Assembly (NCBI GenBank): GCA_963727485.1
Contig: CAVSGM010000001.1
Coordinates: 1 to 64,000 of the forward strand
Length of the DNA stretch: 64,000 nt
From: an uncultured delta proteobacterium
GTDB taxonomy: Bacteria > Myxococcota > Myxococcia > SLRQ01
Reading direction: 5' to 3'
Below, piece by piece: positions 35,006 to 47,628 of this stretch. Every line of letters begins with the position of its first letter. Position 1 is the first letter of the stretch. The notes beneath the pieces are model-generated. The model was given only the letters and a program-made list of their open reading frames with translations. It did no database searches and was not told the origin of the DNA. Made by a program: the position numbers and the translations under genes.

Positions 35006-35500
35006 ATGGCAGAGCTTTCCGCCGAGCAGCGCCGCCGCCTGGACGACGGTATCGCCGAACTCCTCACCCGCTACCCCGACGACCAGAAGGGTGCGGCGCT
35101 CCTCGAGGTCCTGCACCTGGTGCAGGAGATTGTGGGGTGGGTCCCCGAGTCGGTGATGCCCGTCGTCGCCGAGCAGCTCGAGATCCCCGTGGTGCGGGTC
35201 CGGGAGGTGGCGAGCTTCTACGTGATGTACCTCCTCGAGCGCCCGGGGAAGCACCTCCTCGAGGTGTGCACCAACCCCTCGTGCTCCATCCGCGGCGGCG
35301 ACGAGATCCTCCGCCGGGCCTGCGAGCGCTATAAGGTGAAGCCCGGCCACACCAGCGCCGACGGCCGGGTCACCCTCGAGGTCGTCGAGTGCATGGGCAG
35401 CTGCGGCACCGCCCCCATGGTCGCCGTCGACCGCGAGTACCGCGAGAACCTCACCCGGACCACCCTCGAGCAGCTCTTCGCCGAGATCGAGAGGGACTGA
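35006..35500 (+). CDS. nuoE: NADH-quinone oxidoreductase subunit E
   Basis: EVASFY, CTNPSC...ECMGSCGTAP 2Fe-2S ligands. Confidence 0.95.
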   Translation: MAELSAEQRRRLDDGIAELLTRYPDDQKGAALLEVLHLVQEIVGWVPESVMPVVAEQLEIPVVRVREVASFYVMYLLERPGKHLLEVCTNPSCSIRGGDEILRRACERYKVKPGHTSADGRVTLEVVECMGSCGTAPMVAVDREYRENLTRTTLEQLFAEIERD

Positions 35501-36789
35501 TGGCCACCGAGAAGATCCTCACCAAGCACTGGGATCGGCCCGACTCCCACCAGCTCTCGAGCTACCAGCCCGGGGAGCGCTACCAGCAGCTCAAGCGGGT
35601 CCTCGACGGCGGCCTCGACCACGACGCGGTCATCAAGGAGCTGAAGACCTCCAACCTCCGGGGCGCCGGCGGCGCCGGCTTCCCCGCGGGGCTCAAGTGG
35701 TCCTTCGTGCCCCAGGACACCGGCAAGCCCATCTACCTGGTGGTCAACGCCGACGAGTCCGAGCCCGGCACCTTCAAGGATCGCTACATCATGGAGCGCG
35801 ATCCCCACATGCTCATCGAGGGCATCGGGATCGCCTGCCGCACCATCGGCGCCCACACCGCCTACATCTTCATCCGCGGCGAGTACACCGGCCCCCGGCG
35901 CATCCTCATGGGCGCCATCCAGGAGGCCTACGACGCCGGGATCCTCGGCCCCTCGTGCATGGGCTCGGGCTACGCCCTCGACGTCTACGTCCACCGCGGC
36001 GCCGGCGCCTACATCTGCGGCGAGGAGACCGGGCTCCTCGAGGCTCTCGAGGGCAAGAAGGGCGAGCCGCGGGTCAAGCCCCCGTTCCCCGCGGTCGAGG
36101 GCGTGTTCGGCTGCCCCACCCTCATCAACAACGTCCAGACCATCGCCAGCGTCCCCGCGGTCCTGGAGATGGGCGGCGAGGCCTTCGCGGCGCTGGGCTC
36201 CGAGCGCTGCGGCGGCACCCACCTCTACAACGTCTCCGGCCACGTGAAGAACCCGGGCGTCTACGAGCTGCCCTTTGGCACCACCTACCGCGAGCTCATC
36301 TACGACGTCTGCGGCGGGATGCGCTCGGACAAGCCGCTCAAGGCGGTGATCCCCGGCGGCGCCTCCACCCCGATCCTCCTCCCCGACGAGCTCGACATCA
36401 AGAGCGACTTCGACTCGCTCAAGCAGATCGGTTCCATGTTCGGGACCGGCGCGGTGATGGTCCTCGAGGAGGGCACCTGCATGGTCCGCACCTGCCTGCG
36501 GCTCATGGCGTTCTTCCATCACGAGTCCTGCGGCCAGTGCACCCCCTGCCGCGAAGGCTGCGGCTGGGCCGAGAAGGTCATCCGCCGCGTCGAGCAGGGG
36601 GAGAGCCGCCGTGAGGATCTCGATCTCGTTCTCGACATCGCCAACAACATCCAGGGCAACACCATCTGTGCCCTCGGGGATGCCGCGGGGATGATGGCCA
36701 AGCCCTTCGTCGAGAAGTTCCGCGACGAGTGGACGCGCCACATCGACAACCGCGGCTGTCCGTTCCCCGAGTACCCCCTGGCCGACTGA
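35500..36789 (+). CDS. nuoF: NADH-quinone oxidoreductase subunit F
   Basis: GGAGFPAGLKW, NADESEPGTFKDR, GAGAYICGEETG, ESCGQCTPCREG. Confidence 0.97.
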   Translation: MATEKILTKHWDRPDSHQLSSYQPGERYQQLKRVLDGGLDHDAVIKELKTSNLRGAGGAGFPAGLKWSFVPQDTGKPIYLVVNADESEPGTFKDRYIMERDPHMLIEGIGIACRTIGAHTAYIFIRGEYTGPRRILMGAIQEAYDAGILGPSCMGSGYALDVYVHRGAGAYICGEETGLLEALEGKKGEPRVKPPFPAVEGVFGCPTLINNVQTIASVPAVLEMGGEAFAALGSERCGGTHLYNVSGHVKNPGVYELPFGTTYRELIYDVCGGMRSDKPLKAVIPGGASTPILLPDELDIKSDFDSLKQIGSMFGTGAVMVLEEGTCMVRTCLRLMAFFHHESCGQCTPCREGCGWAEKVIRRVEQGESRREDLDLVLDIANNIQGNTICALGDAAGMMAKPFVEKFRDEWTRHIDNRGCPFPEYPLAD

Positions 36790-36816
36790 AATCCCCAAGC
36801 GAGGGAGGCCGTCCCC

Positions 36817-37305
<489 letters not shown>

Positions 37306-37306
<1 letters not shown>

Positions 37307-37611
37307 TGCACATCGGGATGACCCACTACCTGGTGCTGGCGGCGATCCTCTTCGCCATCGGCATGATCGGCGTGGTGATCCGCCGCAACGCGCTCATCAT
37401 CCTCATGAGCGTGGAGCTGATGCTCAACGCGGTGAACCTCACCCTCATCGCCGCCGGGCGGTTCACCGGAAACCTCGGGGGGCAGGCCATGGCCATCTTC
37501 GTGATGGCCGTCGCCGCCGCCGAGGCCTCGGTGGGCCTCGCCATCGTCATCTCCATCTTCCGCACCCGGAAGACGGTCAACGTCGACGAGCTCGACATGC
37601 TCAAGGGCTGA
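37306..37611 (+). CDS. nuoK: NADH-quinone oxidoreductase subunit K
   Basis: [31 protein letters not shown]. Confidence 0.95.
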
Positions 37612-37614
37612 CCT

Positions 37615-39686
37615 GTGGCACTGTCCATTCATCCGGAAGCCGTCGAGCACCTGCTCTTCCTCATCGTCCTCGCGCCCCTGGTGGGCGCGGCCGTGAACGG
37701 ACTCTTCGGGAAGTGGCTGGGCCGCGCCAACGTCAACTTCATCGCCAACGCCGCGGTGGGCATCGCCTTCCTGGTGAGCCTCGGCGCCCTGATCTCGGTC
37801 TACGGGGCCGAGGGGCGGCCGCTCACCGACCACCTCTTCCCCTGGATCCACGCCGGCGGCCTCTCGATCGACGTCACCTTCTACGTCGATCACCTCACCG
37901 CGGTGATGCTGATGGTCATCACCGGGGTCGGCTTCTTCATCCACGTCTACTCCACCGGCTACATGGCCCACGACGAGGGGTACTGGCGCTACTTCGCCTA
38001 CCTCAACCTCTTCGTGGCGATGATGCTGATCCTGGTCCTTGGCGACTCCCTGCCCCTGATCTTCGTGGGCTGGGAGGGCGTGGGCCTGTGCAGCTACCTG
38101 CTCATCGGCTTCTGGTACGACGACACCGAGAAGTCCATCGCCGGGATGAAGGCCTTCGTGGTCAACCGGGTGGGCGACTTCGGCTTCCTCATCGGGATGT
38201 TCACCCTCTTCGCCCTCTTCGGCACCCTGAACATCCCCGAGCTCCACGCCCTCTCCGGCGGGATCCACACCGGCCAGACCATCGCCATCACCCACCTCTT
38301 CGGCGGGTGGACCTACGGCGCGGCGCTGACGTTGGCCATGGGCATGATCTTCCTCGGCTGCACCGGGAAGAGCGCCCAGATCCCGCTCTTCGTCTGGCTC
38401 CCCGACGCCATGGCCGGCCCCACCCCGGTGTCCGCGCTGATCCACGCGGCCACCATGGTCACCGCCGGCGTCTACCTGCTCTCGCGGCTCTCGTTCTTCC
38501 TGGTGCTCACCCCCGCGATCATGATGCTGGTGGCCTTCATCGGCGCGCTCACCGCGCTGGTGGGCGCCTACATGGGCCTGTTCCAGAACGGCATCAAGAA
38601 GGTCCTCGCCTACTCCACCGTCTCCCAGCTCGGCTACATGTTCATGGGCGTCGGGGTCGCCTCCTTCGCCGGCGGGGTCTACCACCTGGTGACCCACGCC
38701 TTCTTCAAGGGCCTGCTCTTCCTCGCCGCCGGCTCGGTGATGCACGCCCTGTCCAACGAAGAGGACATCCGGAAGATGGGGGGGCTGGCCAAGGTCCTGC
38801 CCCACACCCACAAGACCTTCCTCATCGCCACCTTCGCCATCACCGGCGTGCTCCCCCTCTCGGGCTTCTTCTCCAAGGACGGGATCCTCCACGCGGTGCT
38901 CTCGGCGCACCTCGGCGCCGCCTGGTTCCCCTGGCTGCTCTGGGGGATGGGCACCCTCGGCGCCCTGTTCACCTCCATCTACATGTGGCGCCTCTACTTC
39001 CTCACCTTCCGGGGTGAGCCCCGGTCGATGGAGCTCCACGAGCACGCCCACGAGTCTCCGGCGTCCATGACCCTCCCGCTCTGGGTGCTCGCCATCGGCG
39101 CCATCGTCACCGCCTGGTGGGGCCTGGCCGAGGTCATCAACGCCGTCGCCGGCACCCACCTGGGCACCCTGGAGAGCTGGCTGGAGCCGGCGGTCACCGC
39201 GGCGCCCGCCAGCGTGGCCGGGGGCGAGGGCTCCACGGCCATGCTCCTGCTCTTCCTCGGCATCGCCCTGGCCGTCGCCTGGGCGGGCCTGGGGATCGCC
39301 TGGGTGATGTGGGGCCGCCAGGGCGTCCCCGCCGACGCCAAGGCCAAGAAGGCCCTGGGCCCGATCTACACCGCCAGCTTCGCCAAGCTCTGGTGGGACG
39401 AGGCCTACGACCTCTTCTTCGTCCGGCCCCTCATCGGGCTGTCCAACGCCGTGTGGTGGTCATCGACGTCATCCTCATCGACCGGCTGGTGGTCGAGGGC
39501 ATCGCGCGGCTCGCTCGCCTGGCCAGCTCGGGCCTCCGGCGCCTCCAGAACGGGGACGCCCAGCGCTACGCGGCGATCATCGCCGTGGGCGCGGCCCTGG
39601 TCCTGGGCCTCCTGGTCGGCAGCCGGATGAGCCACGCCTCGGACCACCCGGTGGCCCGAGCCCAGCAGACCCAGGGGGTGCGCTGA
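37615..39686 (+). CDS. nuoL: NADH-quinone oxidoreductase subunit L (frameshift about 39455)
   Basis: IHVYSTGYM, GWEGVGLCSYLLIGFW, GKSAQIPLFVWLPDAMAGPTPVSALIHAATMV; C-terminal LQNG..QRY in ORF 39117-39686. Confidence 0.95.
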
Positions 39687-41516
39687 TGGACCTCTTCGGC
39701 CGCGGTCTCCTCCCCCTGGTGGTCTTCCTGCCGCTCGCCGGCGCGGTGATCCTGGCCTTCCTCCCCAAGGAGGAGAGCGGCCAGCACCGGACGGTGGCGT
39801 TCATCGTCTCCCTGCTGACCTTCGCCGCCAGCGTCCTCATCCTCTTCCGCTTCGTCCCCGGGGTCGCCGGCTTCCAGCGCAGCCTCACCGTGGACGTCCC
39901 CTGGATCCCCTCGGCGAACATCCACTTCCACATGGCCCTCGACGGCATCAGCCTCTTCCTGGTGATGCTGACGACCTTCCTCTCGCCGATCGTCATCCTC
40001 TCGGCGTTCAAGGCGGTCAACGACCGGACCAAGGAGTTCATGATCGCCCTGCTCCTCCTGGAGACGGGGATGCTGGGCGCCTTCGTCTCGGTCGATCTCG
40101 ATCCTCTTCTACGTCTTCTGGGAGGCGATGCTCATCCCGATGTACCTCATCATCGGGATCTGGGGCGGGCCCCGGCGCATCTACAGCGCCCTCAAGTTCT
40201 TCCTCTACACCATGGTCGGCTCGCTCTTGATGCTGCTGGCCATCCTCTACCTCTACTTCGCCCACGGCAGCTTCGACTTCCAGACCCTGCTCGCCGCCCA
40301 CCTCTCGCTCACCGAGCAGCGCTGGCTGTTCTGGGCCTTCGTGGTCGCGTTTGCGGTGAAGGTGCCCATGGTGCCGGTCCACACCTGGCTCCCCGACGCC
40401 CACGTCGAGGCGCCCACCGCCGGGTCGGTGATCCTCGCCGGGGTGCTCCTGAAGATGGGGAGCTACGGGCTGATGCGCTTCGCCTTCCCCCTCTTCCCGC
40501 AGGCCGCGGCGATCTACGCCCCGGTCCTGGGGACCCTCGGGGTCCTGGGCATCGTCTACGGGGCGATGATGGCCATCGCCCAGAAGGACGTGAAGAAGCT
40601 CATCGCCTACTCCTCGGTCTCGCACATGGGCTTCGTGGTCCTCGGCCTGTGCGCCCTGACCCCCGAGGCGGGCACCGGCGCGGTCTACCAGATGCTCAAC
40701 CACGGCGTCTCCTCCGGGGCGCTCTTCCTCCTGGTGGGCGTGGTCTACGAGCGGCGCCACACCCGGCTGATGTCCGACTACGGCGGGATCGCCCGGGCGA
40801 TGCCGGTGTTCGCGGCCTTCTTCCTCCTGGTGGCGCTCTCGTCTGCGGGCCTCCCGGGGACCAACGGCTTCGTCGGCGAGTTCCTGATCCTGGTGGGCAG
40901 CTTCTCCGCCGCCCCCATCTGGATCCGCTGGGCCACCAGCATCGGCGCCACCGGCGTCATCCTCGGCGCCGTCTACCTCCTGTGGATGTACCGCCGGGTG
41001 TTCTACGGGCCGCTGACCAACAGCGAGAACAAGAAGCTCAAGGACCTCTCGATTCGCGAGTGGTTCGTGCTGGCGCCGCTGGCGGTGCTCATCATCGTCA
41101 TGGGCGTCTACCCCAAGCCCTTCCTCGACCGCATCGGGCCCTCGGTGGACGCCTACGTGGGCCGGGTGGTGGCCTATGCCGCGCCCACCCGCCCCCAGGG
41201 CTCCGAGGTCGCCGCCGCCTCCGGCCCCGTGGCCCGGGCGCTCGGCGCCCCCGCCGGCGCCCTGGCCCTCATCGGCCCGGGACAGAAGGCGGGCGCCGCC
41301 GGGAACCCCGAGCTGATGCGGGCCCTGGCGAGGCGTGACGCCTGGCTCCGGGGTCCCCACCCGATGCCCGCCAACCGGCCCGAGTTCCACATCATCCGGC
41401 CGATGCCGGGGCGGCAGCCCCGGCAGATCGACCCCCAGCGCAAGCAACAAATCCTCGAGCAGCTCCGTCGGCGCCTACGGCTCCAAGTGCGCCCGGAGCG
41501 GGAGGGGCAGAAGTGA
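39686..41516 (+). CDS. nuoM: NADH-quinone oxidoreductase subunit M (frameshift about 40100)
   Basis: [51 protein letters not shown]. Confidence 0.95.
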
Positions 41517-43099
41517 CCCCCGTCCTCCTCGCCACCGCCCTCCCGACCTGGGCCGACATCGCCAGCGTCGCCCCCGCCCTGACCCTGGTGGTCGGCGGCG
41601 CCCTGCTCATCCTCCTCGAGGTCGCCACCAAGAGCCAGCGGCGGACCCACATGCCCTGGCTCACCGCCGGGTTCGCGGTCGTCGCCGCCCTGCTCGCCTG
41701 GAACGGCCGGGGCCCGGCCCACTCGGTCTTCGGCGGCTCGGCCATGGCCGACGACTTCTCGGTGTTCTTCGCCCTGCTGGTCTGCGCCGCCCTGGCCCTG
41801 GCGGCGCTGGCCGCCGCCGGCTACCTGCGCGAGCGCGACATCGAGCGCGGCGAGTACTACGGCCTGCTGCTCTTCTCCGCCTCGGGGATGCTGCTGCTGA
41901 CCATGGCCGCCGACCTGCTCACCATGTTCGTGGCCCTCGAGGTCATGTCCATCGCCACCTACGCCCTGGTGGCCTTCCGTCGGGACCAGGACCGCAGCGC
42001 CGAGGCGGCCTTCAAGTACCTGGTCCTCGGGGCCCTCTCCAGCGCGCTCTTCCTCTACGGCGCGGCGCTCCTCTTCGCCGCCACCGGCCACATCAAGCTG
42101 GTCGAGCTCACCCGCTACGCGGCAACCGGCCACCCCGCCACCCTCTTCTACGCCGGCGCCGGGCTGGCCGCGGTGGGCTTCGCCTTCAAGGTGGCGGCCG
42201 TGCCCTTCCACATGTGGACCCCCGACGTCTACGAGGGCGCCCCCACCCCGGTCACCGCCTTCATGGCCGCCGGGGTCAAGGCCGCGGCCTTCGCCGCGCT
42301 CCTGCGCCTGCTGCTCATCGGCTTCGGGCCCCAGATCGTCGCCACCGCGGGCGTCGGCTGGGGGCAGATCTTCTACGTCCTGGCCCTGCTCACGGTGGTG
42401 GTGGGCAACCTCCTCGCCATCGTCCAGGACAACGTCAAGCGCCTGCTGGCCTACTCCTCGGTGGCCCACGCCGGCTACGCGCTGCTGGCGGTGACCGCCG
42501 CGGCCTGGGGCGGGCCCCTGGTCACCGCCTCGGTCCTCTTCTACCTGCTGGTCTACGCGGTGACCGCGGTGGGCGCCTTCGCGGTGGTCGCCGCGGTGGA
42601 GAAGAACAAGCCCGAGAACGGGGTGAACACCGGGCACCTCGACGAGCTGGCCGGCCTCGGTCGCCGGCACCCGGGCCTGGCCTTCGCCATGACGGTGTTC
42701 ATGTTCTCGCTGGCCGGGGTGCCCCCCACCGGCGGGTTCATGGCCAAGCTCGAGGTGTTCCGGGCCCTCTTCGCCGCCGCCCGGACCAGCCCCGCCATGG
42801 CCACGCCCCTCTACTGGCTGGCGGTCATCGGCGTCCTCGCCGCCGTCGCCGGCGTCTACTACTACCTGCGGGTGGTGGTGTGGATGTACATGAAGCCCGA
42901 GCCCGAGTCGCCGGTGGTCGCCCGGGGTGTCGAGGTGCGCGTCGGCGTCGCCCTCGCCGCCCTGGCGGTGCTCCTCCTGGGCATCCTCCCGGGGACGGCC
43001 AGCTCCTGGGCCCAGGACGCGGTGAAGAGCGCCTTCGTGCGTCCCGGGGCGGTGGCCCACTACGTGGCCCCGGGCGCCGTCCAACCCACCGGCGAGTAG
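41513..43099 (+). CDS. nuoN: NADH-quinone oxidoreductase subunit N
   Basis: [53 protein letters not shown]. Confidence 0.96.
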   Translation: MTPVLLATALPTWADIASVAPALTLVVGGALLILLEVATKSQRRTHMPWLTAGFAVVAALLAWNGRGPAHSVFGGSAMADDFSVFFALLVCAALALAALAAAGYLRERDIERGEYYGLLLFSASGMLLLTMAADLLTMFVALEVMSIATYALVAFRRDQDRSAEAAFKYLVLGALSSALFLYGAALLFAATGHIKLVELTRYAATGHPATLFYAGAGLAAVGFAFKVAAVPFHMWTPDVYEGAPTPVTAFMAAGVKAAAFAALLRLLLIGFGPQIVATAGVGWGQIFYVLALLTVVVGNLLAIVQDNVKRLLAYSSVAHAGYALLAVTAAAWGGPLVTASVLFYLLVYAVTAVGAFAVVAAVEKNKPENGVNTGHLDELAGLGRRHPGLAFAMTVFMFSLAGVPPTGGFMAKLEVFRALFAAARTSPAMATPLYWLAVIGVLAAVAGVYYYLRVVVWMYMKPEPESPVVARGVEVRVGVALAALAVLLLGILPGTASSWAQDAVKSAFVRPGAVAHYVAPGAVQPTGE

Positions 43100-43108
43100 C
43101 CCCGGCGG

Positions 43109-44527
<1,419 letters not shown>

Positions 44528-44538
44528 CTCATGTCCCC

Positions 44539-46087
44539 CTAGCCATCAGCTTCGGCCCTTCGCAGCCACAAGGCAAACGACACGCCGCCCTTGGTGCTCT
44601 CCAGCTCCACCTGCCCCCCCAGGTCCTCCAGGACCCGCCGCACCGCCGCCAGGCCCAGCCCCGAGCCAGACGGCTTGGTGGTGAAGAAGGGCTCGAAGAC
44701 GTGGGGCGCGACCTCCGGGGGGATCGGGGGGCCGTCGTTGACCAGTCTGACGAGTACGTAGTCACCGCGTACCGAGGCTTCCACCCGAATCTGCCCGCCC
44801 TCGGGCACGTGCTGCCAGGCGTTGAGGAGCATCGCCCGGAGGCACCGGCGGAGGAGCACCGGGTCGGCCTCCACCGGCGGCAGATCCTGGGGGAGGATGG
44901 CTCCGAAGTCCACCTGCTTGGCCATCACCGACCCGTCGCCCCCGGCGGCGGCGGCCGCGGCCTCGATCTCCGGGGCCAGGGGGACCGCCCGCACCTCGGG
45001 GACCGCCGGCCGGGCGAAGTCGAGGAGCTCGCTGACCACCAGCTTGAGGCGCTCGGCCTCCTCGTTGATGGTCCGGAGGCGGCGCCGGGCGTCCGGGTCG
45101 TCGCCGACCATCCGCCCCAGGCCCACGGCGACGTTGAACACCACCCCCAGGGGGTTCCTCACCTCGTGGGCGAGGACCGCGGCCATCTCGCCCAGGGCGG
45201 CGAGGCGCTCCCGGCGGACGAGGGCGGCGCCCACGCCCGCCAGCCGCACCGCCGAGGCGATCTGGGCGGCGAAGAGCTGCACCGCCACGAAGTCGTGCTC
45301 GGTGAGGTCCTTGGCCAGGACCACCAGCAGGTGGCTCCAGCGATCGGCGGTGCGGATGGGGACCCAGGCCCCCCGGCTCACCCCGGTCTCCTCCAGGGCC
45401 TGGGCGAAGGCCCGGGTCACCGGACCTTCGCCCTTGAGGCGGCTGGGCAGCTCGTCGAGGAAGAGGGGCCGGCCCTCGAGGACCGCCTTGCGCACCAGGG
45501 TGAGGGACTCCAGGGGGACCGGGGCGGCATCGGTGGCGAAGGTCTCGGCGTACCGGCGCAGGGGGGTCACCTCTTCGGCGCGGAAGCCCAGGCGGCGCAC
45601 GGTGCGCAGGCCCTCGGGGGTGACCTCGTAGAGCAGGGTGCGCCAGTCGAGGGCCTGGAACACCGGCTCGCTGGCGTCGAGGAGGGCGTCGAGGCCCATC
45701 GCCGCCCGCCCCTCGCTGACCAGCTGGGCCAGCCGGCCGGCGAGCTCCTCGGCCCGGGCGCTCCCCGAGGCGTCCCGGGCGCAGAGGAGCTGGCGCCCGC
45801 CCTCGGCCGGGCGGACCGAGACGTCCACGGGGACCAGGCCCCCGGAGAGGGTGCGCAGACGCACCCGCAAGGTCGCCGAGAATCCGGGCGCCCTGCTGGC
45901 GGAGGAGGAGGTCGCGCTGGAGCCGCTCCGGGGCGCCGGGCTCGAGGAGACCGGCCAGCGGCAGCCCGGCCACCTCGCCCCCCACCAGCCGGCGGAAGGC
46001 GGCGTTGGCCCAGATCACCTCCGCGCCCTCGACCACCAGCACGCCGTCGGGCAGCGCGTCGAGGATCTCCCGGGGCGTGGGGCTCAT
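44539..46087 (-). CDS. PAS-GAF sensor histidine kinase (frameshift about 45880)
   Basis: LDALPDGVLVV PAS start; H-box LAHEVRNPL, NDGPPIP, FEPFFTTK, GLGLA. Confidence 0.9.
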
Positions 46088-47628
46088 CGCGCCACCCGCA
46101 GGACCACGCGGAACCGGACGCCGTCGTCGCTGGGCTCCAGGGTCACGGTGCCCCCGAGCTCCTCGACGGTGCGCCGGACCATGGCGAGGCCCAGCCCGGT
46201 GCCCGTGGCCTTGGTGGTGAAGAAGGGCTCGAAGACCCGGGGGGCGACCTCGGCGGGGATCGGCGGGCCGTCGTTCTCCAGGGTGAGCGCCACCTGGCCG
46301 TCGGCCTGGGACGCCCGGACCTTCACCCGCCCCCCCGGGGGCAGGTGCTGGAAGGCGTTGAGGAGCATCGCCCCCACCGCCTCGGGGAGGAGCTGGGCGT
46401 CGCCGGCGACCCGGGGGAGGGTCTCGGGGACGTCGACGCTCGCCTCGGCGGCGGCGGCGCCGGGGCCCGCGGCGGCCCGGGCGGCGGCGAGGGCGGTGCG
46501 CACCACCGCCCCCAGGTCCATGGCCACGACCTGGGTGGTCACCGGACGGGCGAAGGCCACCAGGTCCAGGGCGAGGCGCCCCAGGCGCGCCACCTCCTCC
46601 CGGAGCATCCCCAGGAGCTGGCTGCCGGCGCCCGCCTCGGGGAGCGTCCCCTCGAGGCGGACGGCGGCGTCGTCGATGATCGCCGCGCTCCGGGAGAGGC
46701 GGCGGGCGAACTCGGTGTTGAGGTCGCCGAGGCCGGCGAGGCGCTCCCGGGCCACCAGCTCCGCCTGGAGGCCCGCGAGGCGGAGGGTGGAGCCGAGCTG
46801 GGCGGCGAAGAGCTCGATGGCCACGAAGTCCCAGTCCGAGAGATCGGCGCCGGCGACCGCGACCACGTGGGCGATGCGCTCACCGGTGTGCACCGGGCAG
46901 TAGGCGGCCCGGAGGATCCCGTGGCGGGTGAGGGCCTCGGCGAGGGCGGCGGTGCCGGGGCGGGCGGCGACGAGGCCCCCGGGGAGATCGTCGACCCGGA
47001 CCCCCCGGCCGGTGGCCAGCGCCCGGTAGACCCCCACCGTGTGCTCGGTGGGGATGCGCTCACCCGGGTGGGGCATCAGCGGGGGCACCTCGAGGTTGCC
47101 CCGGGCGGGGCGGATGAACCGGCGCACCGTGACCGTCTCGCCGTCGACGTCGAGGAAGACCAGGTACCAGCCCAGGGCCTGGAAGATGGGCTCGCTGGTC
47201 TCGAGGAGGGCGTCGACGTCGGCGAAGGTCTCGGCGGTGCCGGTGAGCTGGGCGAGGTAGCCGATGAGGTCCTCGGCCCGGGCGGTGGCGGTGGCGTCCC
47301 GGGCGCAGAGGACCACCTGGCGTCCGGACGCGGCCAGCCGCAGGTCCACCGGCACCTCCCGGTGGTCCGAGAGGCGCGAGAGGCGCAGGCGCAGGGGCCT
47401 CGGCTGGGCCTCCCGGGCCAGCACCCGCTCGAGGATCCGCGAGAGGCGTTCGACCTCCTCCGCGCAGACCACCGCCTTCAGGGGCCGGCCGGGGAGGCTC
47501 TCCACCGGGGCGTCGAGGAGCCGGGCGGCGCCGGCGTTGGCGGCGGTGATCCGCCCGGCCTCGACCACCAGCACCGCCTCCCCGAGGCCATCGAGCCAGG
47601 TGGCCGCCTGGGTATCGACGTCGGTCAT
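46084..47628 (-). CDS. PAS-GAF histidine kinase paralog lacking the phosphoacceptor His
   Basis: Collinear with the downstream kinase; H-box position reads FARRLSRSA; ATPase boxes NDGPPIP, FEPFFTTK and GTGLGL intact. Confidence 0.85.
   Translation of the reverse strand: MTDVDTQAATWLDGLGEAVLVVEAGRITAANAGAARLLDAPVESLPGRPLKAVVCAEEVERLSRILERVLAREAQPRPLRLRLSRLSDHREVPVDLRLAASGRQVVLCARDATATARAEDLIGYLAQLTGTAETFADVDALLETSEPIFQALGWYLVFLDVDGETVTVRRFIRPARGNLEVPPLMPHPGERIPTEHTVGVYRALATGRGVRVDDLPGGLVAARPGTAALAEALTRHGILRAAYCPVHTGERIAHVVAVAGADLSDWDFVAIELFAAQLGSTLRLAGLQAELVARERLAGLGDLNTEFARRLSRSAAIIDDAAVRLEGTLPEAGAGSQLLGMLREEVARLGRLALDLVAFARPVTTQVVAMDLGAVVRTALAAARAAAGPGAAAAEASVDVPETLPRVAGDAQLLPEAVGAMLLNAFQHLPPGGRVKVRASQADGQVALTLENDGPPIPAEVAPRVFEPFFTTKATGTGLGLAMVRRTVEELGGTVTLEPSDDGVRFRVVLRVAR

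Noticed and set aside
37615..41516. nuoL and nuoM as pseudogenes or programmed frameshifts
   Set aside because: Each has a single indel with intact sequence on both sides, and similar indels occur throughout the window; sequencing error is the simpler explanation.
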